Translations under genes and position numbers: made by a program
In this document: positions 56,832 through 64,000 of the stretch, piece by piece
Position numbering within the stretch: the stretch's first letter is position 1
Layout: the number at the start of each line of letters is the position of its first letter
The notes under the pieces: generated by a model
The model's input: only the letters and a program-made list of their open reading frames with translations
The model's database searches: none
What the model was told of the DNA's origin: nothing
Assembly: GCA_963807035.1 (NCBI GenBank)
Contig: CAWEAL010000003.1
Location: 96,869-160,868, forward strand
Length of the DNA: 64,000 nucleotides
Source of the DNA: an uncultured Chloroflexia bacterium
GTDB lineage: Bacteria > Chloroflexota > Limnocylindria > Limnocylindrales > CSP1-4
Reading direction: 5' to 3'

Positions 56832-58201
56832 GGTGCGGGCTCGCGCAGCTGGCGGGCCGCGTCCGCGAACAGTCCGTTGAAGATGCGCGAGGTCGAGGGA
56901 AAGGCGTGGATCGTCTCGGCCAGTACCTCGACCTTGATCCGGGCCTGGATCGCCAGGACGCATTCATGGAGGGCAGCCGACGCGTCTGGGGCAGCCAGGG
57001 CCGCGCCGATCAGCTCGTGGCTCGCCCGATCGACCACGATCGTCACGTGGCCGAACTCGGCCTCGACCGAATAGCCCTTGGCCGTCGTCGGGAAGTCCGC
57101 GACCACCTCGAAGGCATCGTGGCCGGCCTCGCGCGCCTGTTCGAGCGAGACGCCGACGAAGGCCAGCTCCGGATCGGTGTAGGTCGCCCGGGGCAGCGCC
57201 CGGTAGTCGGGCGCGATCGGGTCGCCGAGGGCCATCCGGACGGCCCGCTCGCCCTGGTAGTGGGCCTGGTGGGTGTGGAGCTCGGGCCCGGCCGGGTCGC
57301 CGACCAGGAAGATCCCGTCGGCGATCCGGAGCCGCCCGTCGTGCGGCAGGGCCTGCCGGTCGGTCGGGTCGATCCCGACCGTGTCGAGGCCGAGGTCGGC
57401 GAACGGGAACGCCCGGCCGACGGCGAGCAGGATCGCGTGCCCGGTCGCCGTCGAGCCGTCGTCGAGCTCGATCACGTCCGGGTCGGACGGTCGCGCGGCG
57501 GCCTGGGCTCGGATCGCCCGGACGCCGAGGCGAACGGTCACCCCGTCGCGCTGCAGGGCGCGCAGGGCTGCCTCGGCATTGCGGGGATGGTCGGTCGGGA
57601 CCAGGCGGTGGCCCGACTGGACGACGCTCGTCGGCACCCCGAAGCGGGCGTAGATCTGGGCGAGCTCGACGCCGGTCGGCCCGCCGCCAAGGACGAGCAG
57701 GCTGGCGGGCAGCTCCCGGGCGCCGGTCGCGTCGCGGTTCGTCCAGGTCCGGACCTTCTCGATCCCCTCGATCGGCGGGATCTTCGTCTCGGATCCGACG
57801 GCCAGGATCACGTTCACGGCCTCGAGCTCGTGGCGCGCCCCATCATGGCTGACCGTGACCCGGCCCGGCCCGGCCAGCCGGCCGCTGCCACGGAAGATCG
57901 TCGCGCCGGCCTGCTCCAGGCTGCGGACATGTCCGCTGTCATCGGGGTAGGCGCGCTTCTCGCGGTTGATCATGTAGTCGCGCCGGTCCGACGCCTTCGA
58001 CCATGGGTAGTCGGTGCCCGAGGCGTGCCGCTCGGCCGCATGGAGCAGGGACTTCGACGGGATGCAGCCCCAGAACGGGCAGGAGCCGCCGAACAGGTCG
58101 CGGTCGACCACGGCCACCCTGGCTCCCCGGGCGAGCGCCTCGTGGGCCGCCGCCTCGCCGGCCGGGCCGGCACCGATGATCACGAAGTCGAAACGGTCCA
58201 T
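56828..58201 (-). CDS. pyridine nucleotide-disulfide oxidoreductase (dihydrolipoyl dehydrogenase / mercuric reductase-like, class I)
   Basis: FDFVIIGAGPAG is the FAD GxGxxG motif. GGSCPFWGCIPSK is the redox-active disulfide motif. It also has an NAD-binding GGGPTG motif and the C-terminal HAFPS dimer-interface motif. Confidence 0.85.
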   Translation of the reverse strand: MDRFDFVIIGAGPAGEAAAHEALARGARVAVVDRDLFGGSCPFWGCIPSKSLLHAAERHASGTDYPWSKASDRRDYMINREKRAYPDDSGHVRSLEQAGATIFRGSGRLAGPGRVTVSHDGARHELEAVNVILAVGSETKIPPIEGIEKVRTWTNRDATGARELPASLLVLGGGPTGVELAQIYARFGVPTSVVQSGHRLVPTDHPRNAEAALRALQRDGVTVRLGVRAIRAQAAARPSDPDVIELDDGSTATGHAILLAVGRAFPFADLGLDTVGIDPTDRQALPHDGRLRIADGIFLVGDPAGPELHTHQAHYQGERAVRMALGDPIAPDYRALPRATYTDPELAFVGVSLEQAREAGHDAFEVVADFPTTAKGYSVEAEFGHVTIVVDRASHELIGAALAAPDASAALHECVLAIQARIKVEVLAETIHAFPSTSRIFNGLFADAARQLREPAP

Positions 58202-58270
58202 CGATCTTCCTGGTGGGTCAGTCATCCCCGGATTGTCGCTTGCCGGATCGCGCCGTGCCGGACACAGAAA

Positions 58271-58295
58271 CGCCCGGTCCGTGAGGACCGGGCGC
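58271..58295 (-). terminator. rho-independent terminator of the cold-shock gene
   Basis: Perfect hairpin cgcccggtcc-gtga-ggaccgggcg, followed on the minus strand by TTTCTGTG. Confidence 0.55.
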
Positions 58296-58315
58296 CTGGT
58301 CTGAGCCGGGGAGGC

Positions 58316-58519
58316 TCAGGCAGCCTGGACCTTGATCGCGCGCGGGCCCTTGGGACCGGACTCGACCTCGAAGGTCACGTGCTCGCCACCGACGAGCTTG
58401 TCGAAGTCGATCGAGCGGTCAAGCCCGTCGCGGTGGAAGAAGTAGTCCTTGCCGTCGTCGGCGGTGATGAAACCGAACCCACGATCGGAGATGACCTTCT
58501 TGACACTTCCGTTGGCCAT
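58316..58519 (-). CDS. cold-shock protein (CspA family, S1-like CSD)
   Basis: MANGSVKKVISDRGFGFITADDGKDYFFH carries RNP1 (GFGFI) and RNP2 (FFH). Confidence 0.9.
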   Translation of the reverse strand: MANGSVKKVISDRGFGFITADDGKDYFFHRDGLDRSIDFDKLVGGEHVTFEVESGPKGPRAIKVQAA

Positions 58520-58794
58520 GGTGAGGAAATTCCTGTTCTCTTCTCGGCGTAGAGGGATGCGGCGCACGGCCGGCTCGAGAAGGAACCATCGACCTAGCGG
58601 AGGCCCCCTGGCAATCAAGGGGAGCCCTGATCATACACCCGATCGATCGGATGTCTTCGCGGGCCGACGACCCGGGCCGGCCGACGACTGCCTGCAGTTC
58701 AGGACTTCGTCAGGAGCCATGCCCAGGATGAGCCTTCGGACGGGCTCTCCAACCCGGGTCCACTCGCCCCCCGTCGGCCTGAATTGAAGGTGCC

Positions 58795-60333
58795 TTGATG
58801 CGTTTGAAGATCTTCGCCGCGATCGGCCTGATCGTCGTCGGTATTGCCGCAATCGGCGTGGTCATCTTCGGACCAACCTTCGGGTCGAGCTCGGCCGTGC
58901 AATACCTGACGGCGACGGCAGCCGTGACGAACGTCACCCAGACGGCGGCGGCGACCGGTGCGCTGGCGCCGACCGTCACGTACGGCCTCGGGTTCGGGCG
59001 GGCCCCGGCGACCCTTAGCAGCTCCTCGTCGTCATCCTCGTCCTCCTCGTCCTCCTCGTCCTCCTCGGCCGGCAACGCCGGCACGGTCTGGCCGGTCAGC
59101 TCGGTCAGCGTCACGGTCGGTGCTGCCGTGACGAGTGGCGAGGTCCTCGCCGTGGCCGACAGCTCGAGCGCCAGCCTCGCGCTCTCGCAGGCCCAGTCGA
59201 ACCTGGCGATCGCCCAGGCCCGCCTGGCGAGCGACCAGGCCGGCCTCACCCCGATCAACAAGGCGATCGCCAGGCTGTCGATCACCCAGGCCGAGCAGCA
59301 GCTGAGCAATGCCCGGACGAGCGAGGCCCAGACGAAGTACCAGAACAGCCTGAGCATCGACAGCGCGACCGCCGCGCTCAGCCAGGCGAAGGCGACCCTC
59401 GCCACCGACGAGGCGGCCAGCCCGCCCGACCCGGCGAAGATCAGCCAGGACGAGGCGGCGGTCACGACCGCCAGCCAGAACCTCGCCCAGACGAAGGCGA
59501 AGGCCACCCAGTCGAACAGCCAGGCCGCCCAGAGCGTCGCCTCGGCCAGCCTCCAGGTGACCTCGGCCGAGCAGGGCTACCAGAGCAAGGTCGCGCCGGC
59601 CCCGGCGCTCACGATCCTGACCGACGAGGCCTCGGTCGCGACTGCCCAGGCCGCGGTCACGAGTGCCCAGGCCACGGTCAAGCTCGCCCAGATCATCGCC
59701 CCGGCCGACGGCACGATCACCGCCGTCGCGATCGTGCCCGGGGTCGACGCCCCCTCGGGCGACGCGATCGAGATGCAGTCGAGCCACATGCAGATCACCG
59801 CGAGCTTCGCCGAGACGAGCCTGCCCAGCCTCAAGGTCGGCCAGGCCGCGAACATCACGATCAACGCCACGGCCGAGACGGTGACCGGCAAGCTCACCCA
59901 GATCGGGGCGGTCGCCTCGAGCTCGGGCTCGTCCTCGGTCGTCACCTACCCGGTCGTCATCACCCTCGATTCGACCCCGGCCGACGTGAAGACCGGGATG
60001 TCGGCGAGCGTCTCGATCACGACGGCCGAGGCCGACAACGTGATCGCGATCCCGGCGATCGCGCTGGTCGGCTCGGATGGCTCGTACGGCGTCCGGGTGA
60101 TGGCCGCCGACGGCTCGATCAGCACGGTGCCGGTCAGCGTCGGGCTGATCACGACCCAGTACGCCGCGATCACCGGCGGCCTGACCGCCGGCACGACCGT
60201 CGTCACCGGGACCTCCTCGCCGCGGACCTCGACCGCGACCACGACGACGAATGCGGGCAGCCTGACCGGCGGCTTCGGCGGCGGCTTCGGCGGCGGCGGG
60301 ACCTTCACCCGCGGTGGCGGCGGCCAGCCGTGA
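58795..60333 (+). CDS. periplasmic adaptor (membrane-fusion protein, MacA/HlyD-like) with a poly-Ser linker
   Basis: N-terminal TM anchor, long Ala/Gln-rich coiled-coil segments, a beta-barrel or lipoyl-like C-terminus, and an S17 run. Confidence 0.8.
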   Translation: MMRLKIFAAIGLIVVGIAAIGVVIFGPTFGSSSAVQYLTATAAVTNVTQTAAATGALAPTVTYGLGFGRAPATLSSSSSSSSSSSSSSSSSAGNAGTVWPVSSVSVTVGAAVTSGEVLAVADSSSASLALSQAQSNLAIAQARLASDQAGLTPINKAIARLSITQAEQQLSNARTSEAQTKYQNSLSIDSATAALSQAKATLATDEAASPPDPAKISQDEAAVTTASQNLAQTKAKATQSNSQAAQSVASASLQVTSAEQGYQSKVAPAPALTILTDEASVATAQAAVTSAQATVKLAQIIAPADGTITAVAIVPGVDAPSGDAIEMQSSHMQITASFAETSLPSLKVGQAANITINATAETVTGKLTQIGAVASSSGSSSVVTYPVVITLDSTPADVKTGMSASVSITTAEADNVIAIPAIALVGSDGSYGVRVMAADGSISTVPVSVGLITTQYAAITGGLTAGTTVVTGTSSPRTSTATTTTNAGSLTGGFGGGFGGGGTFTRGGGGQP

Positions 60334-61004
60334 GCGCGGCCCTGATCGAGCTCCACAATGTCAGCCGGATCTACGACCTCGGCCACGTCCAGGTGGCGGC
60401 CCTCCAGGGCGTCGACCTCGAAGTCGCCGAAGGCGAGTTCGTCGCGATCGTCGGGCCGTCCGGCTCGGGCAAGTCGACGCTGATGAACATCCTCGGCTGC
60501 CTCGACCGGCCGACCGGCGGGACGTACGTCCTCGACGGGACGCCGATCGCCGAGCTCGACGACGACGGCCTGGCGAAGCTCCGCAGCCGGACGATCGGCT
60601 TCGTCTTCCAGTCCTACAACCTGCTGCCGCGGACCTCGGCCCTCGAGAACGTCGCGACCCCGCTCCTGTACCAGGGCGTCTCGCGCAGGGACCGCCTCGC
60701 CCGGGCGAAGGTCGCCCTCGAGCGGCTCGGCCTCGGCGACCGGATCGACCACGAGCCGACCGAGCTCTCGGGCGGCCAGCAGCAGCGGGTCGCGATCGCC
60801 CGGGCGCTCGTGACCGAGCCGGCCCTCCTCCTCGCCGACGAGCCGACCGGCAACCTCGACAGCAGCTCCGGGGCCGACGTGATGAACCTCCTCCACGAGC
60901 TCAACGCCGCCGGCCGGACGATCGTGCTGATCACCCATGACGCCGACGTCGCCCGGGTCGCCAGCCGGCAGGTCCACGTCCGGGACGGAAGGCTCGTGGC
61001 ATGA
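60330..61004 (+). CDS. ABC transporter ATP-binding protein (MacB-type)
   Basis: Walker [19 protein letters not shown], signature LSGGQQQRVAIARAL, Walker [12 protein letters not shown]. Confidence 0.9.
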   Translation: MSAALIELHNVSRIYDLGHVQVAALQGVDLEVAEGEFVAIVGPSGSGKSTLMNILGCLDRPTGGTYVLDGTPIAELDDDGLAKLRSRTIGFVFQSYNLLPRTSALENVATPLLYQGVSRRDRLARAKVALERLGLGDRIDHEPTELSGGQQQRVAIARALVTEPALLLADEPTGNLDSSSGADVMNLLHELNAAGRTIVLITHDADVARVASRQVHVRDGRLVA

Positions 61005-62213
61005 GCGCGCTCGAGCTCATCCGGCTCGCGCTGTCGCGGCTCGGCTCGACCCGCCTGCGGGCCGCCCTGACGATGCTCGGCGTGATCATCGGCGTCGCCT
61101 CGGTCGTCTCGCTCGTGGCGGTCGGCCAGGGCGCCACGAGCGGCATCACCAAGCAGCTCCAGGGCCTCGGCACGAACCTGCTGACGGTCAATCCCGGGGC
61201 GACCACGACCGGTTTCACCCGGGGCGCGGCCGGCTCGGCCACCACCCTCACGCTCGCCGACGCCGAGGCGATCGGCGGCCTGGCCGGCGTCGCCGCGGTC
61301 GCGCCCGAGGTCTCGACCAGCCAGTTCGTGGTCGCCGGCAGCCAGAACACGACGACGACGATCATCGGCACGACGGGCGGCTACACGCAGGTCCGCAATT
61401 TCGACATCTGGCAGGGTTCGACGCTCAACGGCGCAGCGGTCGACGCGAAGCTCCGTGACGCCGTCCTCGGCGCCACGACGGCGGACGACCTGGGCCTGAC
61501 CGCGAGCTCGATCGGCTCGACGATCACGATCGGCGGCCTGCCGTTCGAGGTCGTCGGGATCCTGCAGGCCAAGGGCAGCACCGGCCCGGTCAGCCAGGAC
61601 GACCAGGTCCTCATCCCGTACACGGTCGTCGAAGCGCACTTCGTGCCCGGGACCACCGCCCGCACGATCGGGATCAGCGTGGCCAGCGCCGACCAGATCG
61701 ACACGGTCAAGGCCGAGATCACGTCCCTGCTCGAGACCCGCCACGGGATCGCCCCCGGCGGGACCAACGACTTCACGATCGCCGACCAGGCCCAGCTCGC
61801 TCACGACCGTCAGTGGGGTAAGCGACCTGCTCACCTTCCTCCTGGCCGGGATCGCCTCGATCTCGCTCGTCGTCGGCGGGATCGGGATCATGAACATCAT
61901 GCTGGTCTCGGTCCGCGAGCGGACCCGCGAGATCGGGATCCGCAAGGCGATCGGCGCCCGTGGCCGGGACATCCTCGCCCAGTTCCTGGTCGAGGCGCTC
62001 GTCCTGTCCCTGCTCGGGGGCCTGATCGGGATCGTCCTCGGGGTCGGCCTGTCGGCCGTGATCGGCCAGCTCGCCGGCTGGGGCTTCGTGTTCAGCCCGG
62101 TCACGCCCCTCGTCGCCGTCCTGTTCAGCCTCCTCGTCGGCGTCGTGTTCGGCGTCTGGCCGGCCCGCCAGGCGGCTCGGCTCGACCCGATCGTCGCTCT
62201 TCGTTACGAATGA
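61001..62213 (+). CDS. FtsX-like (MacB-type, 4-TM) ABC permease; one frameshift near 61805
   Basis: ORFs 61001..62302 and 61890..62213 join to give ..ADQAQL / SLTTVSGVSDLLTFLLAGIASISLVVGGIGIMNIMLVSVRERTREIGIRKAIGA..., the conserved MacB C-terminal block. Confidence 0.8.
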
Positions 62214-62298
62214 CCCTGCGAATGGACCAGCCCGCGACCCACGTCTTCCGTTTCTGCCCATGCCGCCGACCCGGCCACGCTCGAAAGGAGTCTCCTCG

Positions 62299-62949
62299 AT
62301 GACCATGGACAACCCGACCCCTGGTTCGACCCCGCCACCTTCCTGGACGCCGGACCAGATCCCGGCGGCTCCAGCACCTGCCCCCAGCGCCCCTCCGCCG
62401 CCTGTCCCTGTCACGTCATTCGCCCCGGCACCGGTCGTGGCCAGGACCGCCGCGAAGAACCGGGCTTCGACCGGGACCGCCCTGTTGCTCGTCGGTGCGC
62501 TCGTTGCGATCGGCGGCATCTCCTTCGCCGTCGGCCGGGTCACCGCTCCGGCGGCTGCGACCACGGCGGGCACCTTCACCCGGGGATCCGGGTCGGGCAC
62601 GGGTGGGGCGGGCGGCTTCGGCGGGGCCGGCCCCAGCGGCTTTGGCGCCGGCGGCTTCGGCCGCGCCGGCGGTGGCACGAGCATCACCGGCACGGTCGTC
62701 TCGATCGACGGCAGCACGATCCAGGTCAAGCTGGCGACCGGCACCACCGAGACCCTCACCCTGGACAGCAGCGTGACCTACCGTGACGCCACGACCGGCT
62801 CCGCGGCCGACGTGACGCCCGGCTCGACCGTCCAGATCGGCCTGACGTTCACCGGCAGCGGACCGACCGCCAGCGGCGCTCCCCGGCCGAGCGGCGGATT
62901 CGGTGGAATCGGGGCGGCTACCGTGGGAACCATCACGGTCATCAAGTAG
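62299..62949 (+). CDS. hypothetical membrane-anchored Gly-rich protein
   Basis: AGGAG RBS. Pro-rich N-terminus, one TM helix, (GGFG)n, then a beta-rich C-terminus. Confidence 0.45.
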   Translation: MTMDNPTPGSTPPPSWTPDQIPAAPAPAPSAPPPPVPVTSFAPAPVVARTAAKNRASTGTALLLVGALVAIGGISFAVGRVTAPAAATTAGTFTRGSGSGTGGAGGFGGAGPSGFGAGGFGRAGGGTSITGTVVSIDGSTIQVKLATGTTETLTLDSSVTYRDATTGSAADVTPGSTVQIGLTFTGSGPTASGAPRPSGGFGGIGAATVGTITVIK

Positions 62950-62967
62950 TCACGGCATAGTCACGTC

Positions 62968-63642
62968 ATGCACATCCTCGTCGTCGAGGACGACCCTCGG
63001 CTCGGCCGGATGCTTCGGCGCCTGCTCGGCGATGACCGCCACGTCGTCGAGCTGACCCGTACCGCCGACGATGCGACCGAGCTGCTCGAGTCCGAGGTCG
63101 CCCTCGATGCCGTCATCCTCGACCTGGGGCTGCCGGATCGGTCCGGGCTCGAAGTGCTTCGCGACCTGCGCCGCGCTGGATCCGACCTCCCGGTCATGAT
63201 CCTGACCGCCCGTGACGCGATCGAGGATCGTGTTCGCGGGCTCGATGCCGGGGCGGACGACTACCTGGTCAAGCCGTTCGCCTACGAAGAGCTGGCCGCC
63301 CGGCTGCGGGCACTCGCCCGGCGGGCCGACCGGGCGCCATCGGGACCGAACCTCGTCAACGGGCCGATCGTGCTCGACGAAGCCGATCGGGCGGTCAGCG
63401 TGGGCGGGGCGCCGGTGGCGCTCAGCCCGCGCGAGTTCGCCCTGCTCGAGTGCTTCCTGCGGAACACCGGCCGGCTCCTGACCCGCGACAACCTCCTCGA
63501 CGCCGCCTGGCCGTACGGCCTCGCCGTTACCCCCAACACGGTCGAGGCCTACGTCCACCGGCTCCGGGAGAAGCTCGGCTCGACGGCCGGGCCCCTGATC
63601 CGGACCGAGCGGGGGATCGGCTACCGGATGGTGGCCGGATGA
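62968..63642 (+). CDS. OmpR/PhoB-family response regulator
   Basis: MHILVVEDDP...DAVILDLGLPD is a receiver domain. The C-terminus is a winged helix. Confidence 0.9.
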   Translation: MHILVVEDDPRLGRMLRRLLGDDRHVVELTRTADDATELLESEVALDAVILDLGLPDRSGLEVLRDLRRAGSDLPVMILTARDAIEDRVRGLDAGADDYLVKPFAYEELAARLRALARRADRAPSGPNLVNGPIVLDEADRAVSVGGAPVALSPREFALLECFLRNTGRLLTRDNLLDAAWPYGLAVTPNTVEAYVHRLREKLGSTAGPLIRTERGIGYRMVAG

Positions 63643-63655
63643 GACCGGGCGCTTG

Positions 63656-64000
63656 ATGAGCGGCGGTGCACCGGCCAATGCTGCCGGCGATGCCCGGCTC
63701 CTCCGCCGGACCTGGCGCCGGCTGATCCTGTGGAGCGGCGGGATCACCCTGGTGATCCTCATCCTCCTCGGCGGGGCGATCTACCTGGCGGTCGATCGGT
63801 CGCTGTCGGACAGCACCGAGCAACGCCTGCGCACGCGCGCCGACCAGATCGCTGCCCTGATCGGCCAGACACCCGGCCAGCCGGCCGGGTTCGGGCAGCA
63901 GCTCCCGACCGGGCTGGCGTTCGGCGGCCCCTCGTCGGGGACCCTGGCGATGGTGGTCGGTCCGGCCGACGAGTCCGTCGGTCCGCAGACCTCCCGGTAT
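63656..64000 (+). CDS. sensor histidine kinase, N-terminal part (runs off the window)
   Basis: Open frame from the ATG at 63656: MSGGAPANAAGDARLLRRTWRRLILWSGGITLVILILLGGAIYLAV.. (TM1 of a sensor kinase paired with the preceding response regulator). Confidence 0.6.
   Translation, partial: MSGGAPANAAGDARLLRRTWRRLILWSGGITLVILILLGGAIYLAVDRSLSDSTEQRLRTRADQIAALIGQTPGQPAGFGQQLPTGLAFGGPSSGTLAMVVGPADESVGPQTSRY

Overview
This is a roughly 70% GC chromosomal segment, most like an actinobacterial or other terrestrial high-GC genome, carrying about 60 genes. The main content is a membrane-anchored EAL c-di-GMP phosphodiesterase, two YcaQ/AlkZ-like winged-helix DNA glycosylase paralogs, and a DHA2 MFS exporter. 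A conserved lipid-modification cluster follows: a CFA-synthase-like methylase (frameshifted), DUF1365, an FAD amine-oxidase-like enzyme, SRPBCC and an SDR, next to a divergent MerR/B12-binding (CarH/LitR-type) regulator. There is a MerR::ArsC fusion gene followed by a heavily decayed Acr3 arsenite-exporter pseudogene. A large ABC export operon has two giant FtsX-type permeases and two ATPases; it lies divergent from a secreted S53/S8-type peptidase (with FN3 domains and a perfectly triplicated C-terminal domain) and a GH13 glycosidase. The remaining genes are an M19 dipeptidase, an MsbA-like exporter, a MoaD-like plus BNR-repeat pair, a ZIP metal transporter, a two-component system with GtrA and a GT39 glycosyltransferase, uppP, modAB, a HAD hydrolase, a disulfide oxidoreductase, a cold-shock protein, and a MacAB-like efflux module with a second two-component system. 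Several otherwise intact genes carry single 1-nt frameshifts, so sporadic assembly indels are likely, and ORF boundaries should be read with caution. Intergenic regions contain unusual tandem repeats (91-bp x3, 19-bp x6.5, 62-bp x3, 15-bp x3) that are not CRISPR. All calls come from reading the sequence and ORF track by eye; no searches were run.
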